Assembly: GCA_046313635.1 (NCBI GenBank)
Contig: JBKBYA010000013.1
Location: 1 to 64,000 of the forward strand
Length of the DNA stretch: 64,000 nt
Reading direction: 5' to 3'
From: Pyrinomonadaceae bacterium
GTDB taxonomy: Bacteria; Acidobacteriota; Blastocatellia; Pyrinomonadales; Pyrinomonadaceae
Under the pieces are notes generated by a model. That model searched no databases. It saw only the letters and a program-made list of their open reading frames with translations, and was not told the DNA's origin. A program made the translations under genes and the position numbers. Of this stretch, positions 10,362-20,091 are shown piece after piece (position 1 is the stretch's first letter; each line of letters opens with the position of its first letter).

Positions 10362-11116
10362 TCTATTCCCTCGAGCGGAAAGAAATGGTCGATGAATTCG
10401 AGATGCAGCCGAGGCAAACCGTCGGGCCCCGTCCTGCGCCCGCGCACGACCGAGATGATCTTTGTGCCGTGCCGTTCGCTGGTGACGCGAACGAAGTTTC
10501 CGGCCTCGGCCCTGAGCGTCGTAAAGACCGCCGCTCCGCCGAGGCTTACATTCTCGGTGACCGTCGACTCGACGGCGACGACGTTGTTTTCCGGATCGAG
10601 CAGCTCGAGCGTCACGGCCTCGGGGATGAAGAGCCGCGTCTGGCGTCGGGCCTCTTTGGGAATGTTGTCTTGATCGATCGCCGACGGCGCGTCGACGATC
10701 TGCCAGAGGCCGCCCTCTTCGCGATGACTGATGTCGTAGAGGCGGGCCGGGTCCTCGATATAGCTCTGGGGCGGGTTCTTGCCGACGAACGCCACACCGA
10801 TAACGTAAGACCTTTCACCGTCGGGCGAGCGGACCGCGAAGCAGCGGCGAACAAGCGCCCACACCCGGTATTGCGGCTCCGAGTGATCAAAGCACCTGAG
10901 CTGCCGGGGCATCGGCGTTGTGATCATCGCGAGCCGGCCGCGCTTGATCGGTCGCTTGAGCTGGAATCCGGCGCCGAAGGCCGATACGTCCGCGAGCCGC
11001 GTGATCTCCGTCCAGCTTGAGCTCGGATCGATCTTTACCTCGACGCGCGTCGGCAAGGGGAGTGTGACGCGCTGAATACGACGCTTGTCCTTTGGGCTAA
11101 CAACATTTGAGGGCAT
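10358..11116 (-). CDS. Tandem PilZ domain protein
   Basis: Two RxxxR / (D/N)xSxxG pairs: RRIQR-DVSAFG and RRQTR-NVSLGG. Confidence 0.78.
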   Translation of the reverse strand: MPSNVVSPKDKRRIQRVTLPLPTRVEVKIDPSSSWTEITRLADVSAFGAGFQLKRPIKRGRLAMITTPMPRQLRCFDHSEPQYRVWALVRRCFAVRSPDGERSYVIGVAFVGKNPPQSYIEDPARLYDISHREEGGLWQIVDAPSAIDQDNIPKEARRQTRLFIPEAVTLELLDPENNVVAVESTVTENVSLGGAAVFTTLRAEAGNFVRVTSERHGTKIISVVRGRRTGPDGLPRLHLEFIDHFFPLEGIE

Positions 11117-11354
11117 CGGAGTGGAACGGGGTCGATGACACTGGGGAACTCCTGCAATATCAAATTCTGGAAAATATTGATTTTGCGAGGACTTAGTAGG
11201 TGTTTTGCGGGTTGCGGCCCTGGGTCTGAGCCGGTAAAATAGAGAGTAGCATAAAGACCAGATCATTGGCCATTATTTTTTTTTCGCCGTCCCGTCTGAC
11301 AGCCCCTGAAGCAGTCAAATAGAGCAGGTTTTTTAGAACAAGAAAGGTATAAGA

Positions 11355-13901
11355 ATGGATTCAACGTTAGAACGCAATCAAGTCAATATCGAAGACGAGA
11401 TGCGGCGATCGTATCTCGACTACGCGATGTCGGTCATCATCGGCCGCGCGCTGCCGGACGTGCGTGACGGGCTCAAGCCCGTGCACCGCCGCGTGCTGTG
11501 GGCGATGCACGAGCTCGGCAACACGCACAACAAGCCTTACAAAAAGAGCGCCCGCGTCGTCGGCGACGTGATCGGCAAATATCACCCTCACGGTGACACG
11601 GCCGTGTACGATACGGTCGTCCGGCTCGCGCAGGATTTCTCGATGCGGTACCCGCTCGTCGACGGGCAGGGAAACTTCGGCTCGATCGACGGCGACAATG
11701 CCGCGGCGATGCGTTACACCGAGGTCCGCATGGCGAAGCTCACCAACGAGGTGCTCGCCGATATCGAAAAGGAGACCGTCGACTTTCAGCCGAACTACGA
11801 CGACTCGCTCTCTGAGCCGACCGTTCTGCCGACGCGAATTCCAAACCTTCTCGTTAACGGTTCGGAGGGCATCGCCGTCGGAATGGCGACCAAGATACCC
11901 CCGCATAACCTGACCGAGATCGTGGACGCCACGATCGCGCTGCTCAAGGACCCCGAGATCTCGATCGACAAGCTGATCAAGATCGTTCCCGGGCCTGACT
12001 TTCCGACGGCGGGTTTTATTTACGGCCGCGAAGAGATCCATCGCGCGTATCGCGAGGGTCGCGGCGTCATCCAGATGCGGGCCAAAGCGGCGATCGACCG
12101 CATCGGCCGCGGCGAGCGCGAACGCGACGCCGTCGTTGTCACAGAGATCCCGTATCAGGTCAACAAAGCTCGCCTTATCGAAAAGATCGCCGAACTCGTC
12201 AACGAAAAAAAGCTCGACGGCATCTCGGAGATCCGCGACGAGTCAAATCGCGAGGGAATGCGCATCGTGATCGAGCTCAAACGCGACGCCGTGGCGCAGG
12301 TCGTGCTGAACAAGCTCTACAAGCTCACGCCGATGCAGGCCTCGTTCGGCATCATCAACATCGCGATCGTCGACGGCCAGCCGCGGCTCTTGAACCTCAA
12401 GGACATGCTCGAGGCCTTTGTCGAGTTTCGCCGCGAGGTCGTCCGCCGCAGGACCGAATTCGACCTCCGCAAAGCCCAGGCCCGTGCACATATTTTGGAG
12501 GGTCTGAACAAGGCAATTGACGCTCTCGACTACATCATTCCGCTGATCCGCAATTCGCGTTCGGTGGACGAAGCGAGGACGTGGCTGACGGCGCAGAATT
12601 TCGGGTCGCTGACCGAGGTCAAGAACTGGCGCGGCATTGCGGGCAGCAAGACGCAGGAAGTATTTCTAAAAGACCTCCAAAAGGTGATCAGCTCGCTCGC
12701 CTTTACAGAGATCCAGGCACAGGCGATCCTCGACCTGCAGCTCCGCAGGCTCTCGGCCCTCGAGCGGCAAAAGATCCTCGACGAGTACGAGGCGATCATC
12801 AAGTACATCGCCGAGCTCGAGAACATCCTCGCCAACGAGTCGGTCCTCCGTCAGGTGATCGTCGACGAGCTGCAAGAGGTGAAAAAGCAGTATGGCGACG
12901 AGCGTCGAACGCAGATCGTCGACGCCGGCGTCGAGCTCAAGATCGAAGACCTCATCCCGGACGAGGATGTCGCGATCACCGTCACCAAGGCGGGCTACAT
13001 CAAGCGCACGCCGGTCTCGACCTACTCGCGTCAGGGCCGCGGCGGCAAAGGCCGGCTCGGTGCGACGGCGAAGAACGACGATTTTGTCGAGCACATCTTT
13101 GTCGCGTCGACGCACGCGTATCTGATGATCTTTACCGACGACGGCCAGGTGTACAAGATCAAGGTGCACGAGATACCCGAGGCCGCACCGGCCGCACGCG
13201 GCAAGGCGGTTGTCAACCTCATTCAGATCTCGTCCGAGAGGAAGCTCGTCGCGGTGATGCCCGTGCGCGACTTTACCGAGGAAGTTTATCTGACGATGGT
13301 GACCAAGCAGGGCGTGATCAAAAAGACGGCGTTGAGCGAGTACCAGAACATCCGCTCGAACGGCATCAATGCCATCAACATCGACGAGGGCGACGAGCTG
13401 CTCAATGTCATCCGCACCGACGGCAAGTGCCAGATCTTTATCGCGACGCGTGACGGTATGGCGGTAAAGTTCAACGAGTCGGACGTCCGCCCGATGGGCC
13501 GCGTGGCCCGCGGCGTTCGCGGCGTGAACCTGCGAGGCGGCGACCAGGTCGTTTCGGTCTGCGCGGTCGATGCCGACGGCAAGCAAAAGATACTTTCCGT
13601 TTCTGAGAAAGGCTTTGGCAAGCAGACGCAGGTCTCGAGCTATCGGCTCACAAAGCGCGGCGGCGTCGGCGTCATCAATATGAAGACCACCGAAAAGACT
13701 GGCAAGGTCGTCTCGGCCTTCCCGGTGGTCGACGACAGCGAGATCATGATCATCACGCAGCAGGCGAAGCTCATCCGCCTCGGCGTCGATAAGATCCGCG
13801 AAACAGGCCGCTCGGCCCAGGGCGTCACGCTGATCAAGACCGGCGAGGACGACCTCGTCACCAGCGCGACGCTGTTGGCTGAAGCAGAAGACGAAGAGTA
13901 A
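11355..13901 (+). CDS. gyrA: DNA gyrase subunit A
   Basis: [21 protein letters not shown] catalytic Tyr, GyrA-box QGRGGKG, C-terminal pinwheel repeats. Confidence 0.98.
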   Translation: MDSTLERNQVNIEDEMRRSYLDYAMSVIIGRALPDVRDGLKPVHRRVLWAMHELGNTHNKPYKKSARVVGDVIGKYHPHGDTAVYDTVVRLAQDFSMRYPLVDGQGNFGSIDGDNAAAMRYTEVRMAKLTNEVLADIEKETVDFQPNYDDSLSEPTVLPTRIPNLLVNGSEGIAVGMATKIPPHNLTEIVDATIALLKDPEISIDKLIKIVPGPDFPTAGFIYGREEIHRAYREGRGVIQMRAKAAIDRIGRGERERDAVVVTEIPYQVNKARLIEKIAELVNEKKLDGISEIRDESNREGMRIVIELKRDAVAQVVLNKLYKLTPMQASFGIINIAIVDGQPRLLNLKDMLEAFVEFRREVVRRRTEFDLRKAQARAHILEGLNKAIDALDYIIPLIRNSRSVDEARTWLTAQNFGSLTEVKNWRGIAGSKTQEVFLKDLQKVISSLAFTEIQAQAILDLQLRRLSALERQKILDEYEAIIKYIAELENILANESVLRQVIVDELQEVKKQYGDERRTQIVDAGVELKIEDLIPDEDVAITVTKAGYIKRTPVSTYSRQGRGGKGRLGATAKNDDFVEHIFVASTHAYLMIFTDDGQVYKIKVHEIPEAAPAARGKAVVNLIQISSERKLVAVMPVRDFTEEVYLTMVTKQGVIKKTALSEYQNIRSNGINAINIDEGDELLNVIRTDGKCQIFIATRDGMAVKFNESDVRPMGRVARGVRGVNLRGGDQVVSVCAVDADGKQKILSVSEKGFGKQTQVSSYRLTKRGGVGVINMKTTEKTGKVVSAFPVVDDSEIMIITQQAKLIRLGVDKIRETGRSAQGVTLIKTGEDDLVTSATLLAEAEDEE

Positions 13902-13917
13902 CCGGCAAAGCAGTAAT

Positions 13918-13957
13918 GAAAACTAGCTGACAGCTAATAGCTGTCAGCTAGTTTTTT
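13918..13957. terminator. Bidirectional terminator between gyrA and ruvB
   Basis: AAAACTAGCTGACAGCTA a TAGCTGTCAGCTAGTTTT perfect inverted repeat with A/T tails. Confidence 0.8.
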
Positions 13958-13976
13958 ATGCGCGATGTTCGACCTC

Positions 13977-15005
13977 TCATTCAAATAGAGGCGTAGCCTG
14001 CGCTGGCATGTTGAGGCCGAAGTGTTCGTAGGCCCGGCGTGTCGCCATTCGGCCGCGGGGCGTGCGGTTGAGAAAGCCGATCTGCATCAGATAGGGCTCG
14101 ATGATCTCCTCGATCGAGTCCTTTTCTTCGTGGATAGACGCCGAGAGCGTGCCGAGACCGACCGGGCCGCCGTCGAATTTTTCGATGATCGTGAGCAGCA
14201 TCTTGCGGTCCATCTCGTCGAGGCCGAACGTGTCGACCTCCATCCGGTCGAGCGCGGCTCGGGCGACCGGCTCGTCGATGTGGCCCTCATAATCGACCTC
14301 GGCAAAGTCGCGCACGCGGCGAAGCAGACGGTTCGCGATACGCGGCGTCCCGCGCGAGCGGCGTGCGATCTCGTGCGCTCCCGACTCGTCGATCGAGACG
14401 CCGAGAATGCCTGCCGAACGCTCGACGATCGTGCGGAGGTCTTCGATCTGGTAAAAGTCGAGATTGAAGACGATCCCGAATCTTCCGCGCAGCGGCGCCG
14501 TGATCATCCCGGGCCGCGTCGTCGCCCCGACGAGCGTGAACTTTGGCAGCTCAAGCTTGATCGAACGCGCGGCCGTGCCCTGGCCGATCATAATGTCGAG
14601 GCTGTAATCCTCCATCGCCGGATAGAGGATCTCCTCGATCGCCGGGTTGAGACGATGGATCTCGTCGATAAAGAGCACGTCGCCCTCCTGCAGGTTGGTC
14701 AGGATGGCGGCGAGGTCGCCGGCCTTTTCGATGATCGGCCCGGCGGTCGATCTGAGCTCGGACGCCATCTCGTTGGCGACGATGTTTGACAGCGTCGTCT
14801 TGCCGACGCCGGGCGGGCCGGTCAGCAGGATGTGGTCGAGAGACTCACGGCGCTTGAGCGCGGCCTTCATAAAGACGCGGAGGTTCTCTTTGATCTTTTT
14901 TTGCCCGATATACTCGGCCAGACGTGTCGGCCGCAGAGACAGCTCGAACTGTTTGTCCTCGTCGAGCACACCGCCGCGAACTTCTATGTTGGAAGAATTC
15001 TCCAT
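13977..15005 (-). CDS. ruvB: Holliday junction branch migration helicase RuvB
   Basis: [48 protein letters not shown]. Confidence 0.97.
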   Translation of the reverse strand: MENSSNIEVRGGVLDEDKQFELSLRPTRLAEYIGQKKIKENLRVFMKAALKRRESLDHILLTGPPGVGKTTLSNIVANEMASELRSTAGPIIEKAGDLAAILTNLQEGDVLFIDEIHRLNPAIEEILYPAMEDYSLDIMIGQGTAARSIKLELPKFTLVGATTRPGMITAPLRGRFGIVFNLDFYQIEDLRTIVERSAGILGVSIDESGAHEIARRSRGTPRIANRLLRRVRDFAEVDYEGHIDEPVARAALDRMEVDTFGLDEMDRKMLLTIIEKFDGGPVGLGTLSASIHEEKDSIEEIIEPYLMQIGFLNRTPRGRMATRRAYEHFGLNMPAQATPLFE

Positions 15006-15009
15006 CGAA

Positions 15010-15774
15010 TCAGAACAATAATCCTTTGTGCCCCAGCGCCAAAATGTCCATCGATAATGCCACCGTGCAGTGCAGCACGAGGCCCATCCAGATATTGCCG
15101 GTGCGGTAGCTGAGCCAGCCGAGGAATATGCCCGCGACGATCGCGGCAAATGCCTCCGGCATCGGCTTGCCGAGATGGATCATCGTGTAGGGCACCGTCA
15201 TCACAAAGACCGAGTAGACGCCGAGCGACCGCTTTAGGCTGTGGATTAAAAAACCTCTGAAAAAGAACTCAAGCCCGAAGAACTGCAAAAAGTACATCAG
15301 CTCCCAAACCGCGAGCGTCCAGCCGATGTACGGGTCGCCGTTGTAGATCTTCAGGAACGGATATCGCGATGCAAAGCCCTCGGTCGTCGACATCCAGTAG
15401 ACGAGCGGCAGCATGACCGCGACGCATTGCGCGAGCAGCGGCCAGAAGCCTGGTTCGATCCGCAGGCTGAGCCCGAGGTCCGCGAGTCGGCCGCGGAACA
15501 TTCTACGGACGATCACGGCTGGCAAGCCGACGTAAAAGACCATCGTCACGGCGGCCCAATAGCCGAGCAGTCGAATATTGCTGGCGTGCGGCTCGAGTAT
15601 CCACGCGGCCGCATGATCGAGCGCCGGGGCGAACTTTGCGGCTGCCTCGACAAAGTCGGCGTTCTTGAAATAAAAGATCGCCGTCAGCCCGAAAGCGGCG
15701 TAAACGAGAGCGATCACGGCGCGTCGATCGAGCAGCTCGATGTCGTCGCGTAGCTTTGCGATGAGTTCAAACAT
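15010..15774 (-). CDS. CPBP (Abi/CAAX) family intramembrane glutamic protease
   Basis: [18 protein letters not shown] motif; multiple TM helices. Confidence 0.8.
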   Translation of the reverse strand: MFELIAKLRDDIELLDRRAVIALVYAAFGLTAIFYFKNADFVEAAAKFAPALDHAAAWILEPHASNIRLLGYWAAVTMVFYVGLPAVIVRRMFRGRLADLGLSLRIEPGFWPLLAQCVAVMLPLVYWMSTTEGFASRYPFLKIYNGDPYIGWTLAVWELMYFLQFFGLEFFFRGFLIHSLKRSLGVYSVFVMTVPYTMIHLGKPMPEAFAAIVAGIFLGWLSYRTGNIWMGLVLHCTVALSMDILALGHKGLLF

Positions 15775-15789
15775 CGAACGAGCGGCAGA

Positions 15790-16407
15790 TCATTTTGCCA
15801 GCAGCTGCAGGCCGCGTCGGAGGAGCTTCTGGACCGAAACTTCGGTGCCGTCCTGCACCGCCTGCTTGAGAGCTTTTTCCGCCATGCTGCGCTGGTAGCC
15901 GAGATTGACGAGGGCCGAAAGCGCGTCGTCGAATACAGCATCCGCCGGCAGCTGAGAGCTCGCGGCGGAACCTGCCGCGACGGCGCGTGCGGCTCCCTCT
16001 GACAGCTCGCCGATCTTGTCGCGGAGCTCGATCACGAGCCGCTCGGCGGTCTTTTTGCCGACGCCCGGGATCGAGGTGATCCGTGCGAGGTCCTCCGTGC
16101 GGATGGCCAGGATCAGCTCGTCGGCACTCATTCCGGAGAGAAAAGCGATGCCCGACTTTGCGCCAATGCCCTGTACCGAGATGAGCTTGAGATAGAGCTC
16201 GCGCTCGCGGGCCGTCTTAAAACCGAAAAGCTGGATCGCATCTTCTCGAACGTGCGTGTAGATGCGCAGGCTCACGTCCGAACCGACGTCGCCGAGCTCG
16301 TAATAGGTCGAGAGCGGGACCGTGATCTCGTAGCCGACACCGCCGACATCGACGATCACGACATTTGCATATTTCTCGAGGAGCTTGCCTGACAGGGATC
16401 CGATCAT
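15790..16407 (-). CDS. ruvA: Holliday junction DNA-binding protein RuvA
   Basis: MIGSLSG, GGVGYEI, HVREDA, IPGVGKKTAERL, ALVNLGY. Confidence 0.97.
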   Translation of the reverse strand: MIGSLSGKLLEKYANVVIVDVGGVGYEITVPLSTYYELGDVGSDVSLRIYTHVREDAIQLFGFKTARERELYLKLISVQGIGAKSGIAFLSGMSADELILAIRTEDLARITSIPGVGKKTAERLVIELRDKIGELSEGAARAVAAGSAASSQLPADAVFDDALSALVNLGYQRSMAEKALKQAVQDGTEVSVQKLLRRGLQLLAK

Positions 16408-16682
16408 TGTTTCACGCGTGCAACACAATTGTAGAGTAAACCTCAGCGCGGGGCAAAGCATTCGACCCGGGTCACGCTTCGTCCGCTCCCGAGCGATCGC
16501 CGCTGACCGACCCGCACGGGGCTAGATCTTTCCCGAGCACCGAAATCCTTGGCCTCGGCGATAGAAACGAGTAATATGGGCTTACGGCTATTGCTTCTCG
16601 GTCGCAGGCACGATGCCCGCGGGCCGATCTGATCCGGTTGCGGCGGCGCAAGTCGTCTTAGAAGTTTTGAAAAGAGGTTTTT

Positions 16683-17006
16683 ATGCGTAATAGCGTTTTT
16701 GTTAAGCGGGTCTTGCCGTTCTTCCTAGCCCTTGCAGCAGGTCTGTACGTCGCAAGCTTCTTTGTGGACATAATGCCGCGATTCAATGCGAGCGATCGCA
16801 GGATCGAGGGCTGCCGCGAGATGCAGCGACTGCGGATCGAGAATGACGAGCTGCGTCGCCAGAATCAGGACCTCCGCGACGAGGTCGATAGTTACAGATT
16901 CAGCCGTCCGACGTCAGCGCATGGTGTGCCTCGGAGCGATTGGGGAACGTCGCGATTTGAAGTTCCGCCCCCGCCGACGGTGACGTCGCCGCGAACCGTG
17001 AGATAG
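16683..17006 (+). CDS. Small membrane-anchored coiled-coil hypothetical protein
   Basis: GAGG RBS, N-terminal TM helix, coiled coil, Pro-rich tail. Confidence 0.6.
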   Translation: MRNSVFVKRVLPFFLALAAGLYVASFFVDIMPRFNASDRRIEGCREMQRLRIENDELRRQNQDLRDEVDSYRFSRPTSAHGVPRSDWGTSRFEVPPPPTVTSPRTVR

Positions 17007-17117
17007 CGGCACGCTGACCTTTCAAACTGGCCACGGATTAACCCGACCGTACGGTTGTGTTAATCTGTGGCTTCGTTTTTTGGTCCGCCCGACATTCTGC
17101 CGTCGGCGGACGTTTCT

Positions 17118-17921
17118 ATGGACGAGTCTCAAGCCCGAAAAGAAATTGTCGAGATCGGCCGCCTGATGTACGAGCGGAGCTACGTCGTCTCGTCGGACGG
17201 CAACATCAGCGTGCGTCTTGACGATAATACCGTGCTCGCGACGCCGACGATGACCTGCAAGGGGCGAATGACCGAGAACTCGCTTGCGCTTACCGATATG
17301 GAAGGCAAGCCCCTGTCGGACAAACGGGCATCGTCCGAGCTGGCGATGCACCTCTTGATCTATCGCGAGCGGCCTGACGTCAAGGCGGTCTGTCACGCTC
17401 ACCCGCCGCACGGAACGGCTTTCGCCGTTGCCGGGCTGGCGATCGACAAGCCGATACTCTCCGAAGTGATCCTGACCCTGGGCTGCGTGCCGCTGACCGA
17501 GTACGGTACGCCTTCGACATCGGAGCTGACCGAGGCGATGAAGCCTTACGTTACGCATCACAACGCGCTCCTGATGGCCAATCACGGCGCGGTCGCGTAC
17601 GGCGAAGACCTGTGGCAGGCTTGGGACCGTCTCGAGACGCTCGAGCACACCGCAAAGATCGCGATCCTCGCAAAGGCGCTCGGCGGTGCCAACGACCTGC
17701 CGACCGATGCGATCGAAAAGCTGATCAGCATTCGCGAAAAGGCCGGTTATCTAAAAGAGAACGCCCGCTGCCAGGCCTGCGGCTACCTGCATACGGCCGG
17801 CATCGCGTGCGACCTCGACGTCGAATATCCAGGAGCGGCGGGCTCCAACGGCGCGGCTAGAATTTCGTTCACGCGCGAAGAGCTGATCGAGCTTTTGAGC
17901 CAGGCGGCGCGATTGAGTTAA
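17118..17921 (+). CDS. Class II aldolase/adducin family protein with C-terminal extension (putative BMC cargo)
   Basis: DGNISVR, SSELAMH, HAHPP, LMANHG. The tail has CQAC..H..C and an amphipathic helix REELIELLSQAA. Confidence 0.88.
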   Translation: MDESQARKEIVEIGRLMYERSYVVSSDGNISVRLDDNTVLATPTMTCKGRMTENSLALTDMEGKPLSDKRASSELAMHLLIYRERPDVKAVCHAHPPHGTAFAVAGLAIDKPILSEVILTLGCVPLTEYGTPSTSELTEAMKPYVTHHNALLMANHGAVAYGEDLWQAWDRLETLEHTAKIAILAKALGGANDLPTDAIEKLISIREKAGYLKENARCQACGYLHTAGIACDLDVEYPGAAGSNGAARISFTREELIELLSQAARLS

Positions 17922-17972
17922 ACTGACTTCACTTCAAATCCCGTTTTTTAACGATTCAGGAGCAAAAACTAA

Positions 17973-18251
17973 ATGCAGGAAGCATTAGGAATGGTCGAGA
18001 CCAAAGGTCTCGTGGCGATGATCGAGGCAGCCGACGCGATGGTCAAGGCCGCGAATGTGCAGCTCGTCGGTTACGAAAAGATCGGCGCCGGATTTGTCAC
18101 AGCCATCGTTCGCGGTGACGTCGCCGCCGTCAAGGCCGCGACCGACGCCGGCGCCGCCGCCGCCCGCCGCGTCGGCGAGCTCGTCAGCGTACACGTCATC
18201 CCGCGTCCGCACTCAAGCGTCGACGAGACACTGCCGGTCGTAATGAAATAG
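17973..18251 (+). CDS. BMC hexamer shell protein (BMC-H, EutM/PduA-like)
   Basis: [37 protein letters not shown]. Confidence 0.96.
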   Translation: MQEALGMVETKGLVAMIEAADAMVKAANVQLVGYEKIGAGFVTAIVRGDVAAVKAATDAGAAAARRVGELVSVHVIPRPHSSVDETLPVVMK

Positions 18252-18324
18252 TGGTCAGTGATCCGTGGTCAGTGGTCAGAAATTTCTGATACTGACCACC
18301 GACCGCTGACAACCGACCACTGAC
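18251..18324. repeat. Inverted heptamer-array hairpin (GTGGTCA / TGACCAC-like)
   Basis: About 4 forward units followed by about 5 reverse-complement units; fills the whole intergenic gap up to the ATG. Confidence 0.85.
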
Positions 18325-18594
18325 ATGATCATCGGACGCATTTTAGGCACCGTCGTTTCGACGCAGAAGGACCCGCGGCTCAGCGGCAAGAAGCTGCTGA
18401 TCGTAAAGCCCATTAACCTCGACGGCTCCGACCAGAGCGGATACGTCGTCGCGGTCGATACGGTCGGCGCGGGCTTTCATGAAAAGGTGATCGTCGTCGG
18501 CGGCTCGTCGGCACGCATGGCCGAGGGCAACAAGGATTGCCCGGTCGACTCCGCGATAATCGGCGTCATCGACACCATCGACTTCACTTCATAG
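18325..18594 (+). CDS. BMC pentamer (vertex) protein, EutN/CcmL family
   Basis: GTVVSTQK, AVDTVGAG, GSSAR, DSAIIGVID. Confidence 0.95.
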   Translation: MIIGRILGTVVSTQKDPRLSGKKLLIVKPINLDGSDQSGYVVAVDTVGAGFHEKVIVVGGSSARMAEGNKDCPVDSAIIGVIDTIDFTS

Positions 18595-18599
18595 ACCCC

Positions 18600-18881
18600 G
18601 TGCAAATTGCCCGCGTCATCGGAACCGTTGTCTCGACCGTCAAAAACGAAACGCTCGAGGGCCGAAAGTTCTTGATCGTCCAGACGCTCGACGCCGATCT
18701 CAAACCTAAGGGATCGCCGCAGGTCGCGCTCGACGCGGTCGGAGCCGGCATCGGCGAATTGGTCTTCTGGTGCCGAGGAAAGGAAGCATCGTTTCCGTTC
18801 AAGCGCGACGAGACGCCGACCGACTGCACTATCGTCGGGATCATCGACTCGGACGCGCACGTTTATAACGGCGAGGGATGA
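18600..18881 (+). CDS. BMC pentamer protein, EutN/CcmL family
   Basis: GTG start; ARVIGTVVSTVK, ALDAVGAG, DCTIVGIID. Confidence 0.93.
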   Translation: MQIARVIGTVVSTVKNETLEGRKFLIVQTLDADLKPKGSPQVALDAVGAGIGELVFWCRGKEASFPFKRDETPTDCTIVGIIDSDAHVYNGEG

Positions 18882-19048
18882 ATGGTAAGAGGCAAACTGT
18901 AAGCGGTAAATGTTAGGTCGCACGGCGTAAATGGTGAATCGTAAATCGTAAATGAATTGCTTACGGTCATACCAGGTAGTTGGAGTCAAAAATTTACCGT
19001 TTACCAGTTACCTCTTACCGTTCACCATTCACCACTGACACTTCACCG
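18879..19048. repeat. Inverted heptamer arrays (GGTAAAT/CGTAAAT versus TTTACCG/TTCACCA)
   Basis: 7-bp periodic degenerate units on both arms. Confidence 0.75.
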
Positions 19049-19058
19049 CTAAAGAGAG

Positions 19059-19352
19059 ATGTTGATCGCCAGAGTCATCGGTAATGTCGTCGCGACGCAG
19101 AAGAATCAGCGTTACGAGGGAACGCGCGTGATGCTCTGCCGGCAGATCACGCCCGAGGGCCAGGACATGGATTACACCTGCCTCGCGCTCGACTCGGTCA
19201 ACGCCGGCGAAGGCGACATCGTCGTCATCGCGCAGGAAGGCTGGTCGGCATCGACCGCTTCGACCGGGCGGCCCGGAGCGGCGATCGACTCGGCGATCGT
19301 CGGTATGGTGGATTACATCGATCTGCTGGGGACCGATCTCTCCAGTGAATAG
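19059..19352 (+). CDS. BMC pentamer protein, EutN/CcmL family
   Basis: ARVIGNVVATQK, ALDSVNAGEGD, DSAIVGMVD. Confidence 0.93.
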   Translation: MLIARVIGNVVATQKNQRYEGTRVMLCRQITPEGQDMDYTCLALDSVNAGEGDIVVIAQEGWSASTASTGRPGAAIDSAIVGMVDYIDLLGTDLSSE

Positions 19353-19416
19353 TTAGTAGTGGGTAGTTGTTAGTTAAGAAACCAACTACCCACTCTCCAC
19401 TTTTAACTATTAACTG
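19349..19416. repeat. Inverted heptamer-like arrays (TAGTTAG / TAACTA)
   Basis: TAGTTAGTAGTGGGTAGTTGTTAGTTAA ... CAACTACCCACT...TTAACTATTAACT. Confidence 0.65.
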
Positions 19417-19427
19417 AAAAAACGTGT

Positions 19428-19787
19428 ATGGCTGACAGTATCGTCCTCCAGAAATCGATAAAGTTCGCCCTCAGGATCGTCGGTCTATACAAATATCTAA
19501 CCGAGCAGAAACAGGAGTTCATCCTCTCCAAACAGGTTCTTCTTTCCGGAGCCTATATCGCCAAACACGTCAAAGCCGAGCTTCACGCACGCGGGCGAGA
19601 CAGGTTCTCCGCGGACATGTTTGTCGCGATGCAAAAGGCTTTGGAGACAGAACTCTGGCTGCTGCTGCTGAAGGAGGCCGAATTTATCAGCTCGGACCAG
19701 TACGACTCGATGAACGCGGATTGCGTCGAGCTGATCAAGCTGACATCATCGATCTCTAAGACCTCATACGAAAATGAAACAGCGTGA
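19428..19787 (+). CDS. Four-helix-bundle protein (23S rRNA IVP / TIGR02436-like), divergent
   Basis: KSIKFALRIVGLYKYL, EFILSKQVLLSG, ETELWLLLL, ELIKL. The usual SIGAN..EA motif has become YIAKH. Confidence 0.8.
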   Translation: MADSIVLQKSIKFALRIVGLYKYLTEQKQEFILSKQVLLSGAYIAKHVKAELHARGRDRFSADMFVAMQKALETELWLLLLKEAEFISSDQYDSMNADCVELIKLTSSISKTSYENETA

Positions 19788-20091
19788 ATCGCTCGCCGAA
19801 AAGATCGCCCAGCTTATCGAGTCAGAGAGGCCGCAGCCCGCTGACCTTGCGTCGATCTTTGCGAGCATCGAAAAATTGAATCATCGGCTCGACAAGCTCG
19901 AGTCCTCGCTTTCTCAGAATTCCGCAGCCCGCGTTTCCCATTCGGCGCATCCGAGCGTTGAGAGGTTCAATGTCGCCGAGGCGATCGCCGACGCTCTCTT
20001 CGACGCCAAGACAAAAGAAAAGGCCTGCACGTTCGAGCCGAACGCGAGGCCTTGCGATAACTGCGGGTTGTGCAGCTCCCGCGGATTCTAG
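19774..20091 (+). CDS. Small helical protein with C-terminal C-x8-CxxCxxC motif (BMC-associated, putative metal or Fe-S binding)
   Basis: Ends CTFEPNARPCDNCGLCSSRGF; overlaps the upstream gene. Confidence 0.65.
   Translation: MKQRESLAEKIAQLIESERPQPADLASIFASIEKLNHRLDKLESSLSQNSAARVSHSAHPSVERFNVAEAIADALFDAKTKEKACTFEPNARPCDNCGLCSSRGF

Noticed and set aside
12580..12700. About 30-aa insertion in GyrA as a possible intein or novelty
   Set aside because: It is too short, has no intein termini, and falls where proteobacterial GyrA also has a variable insertion.
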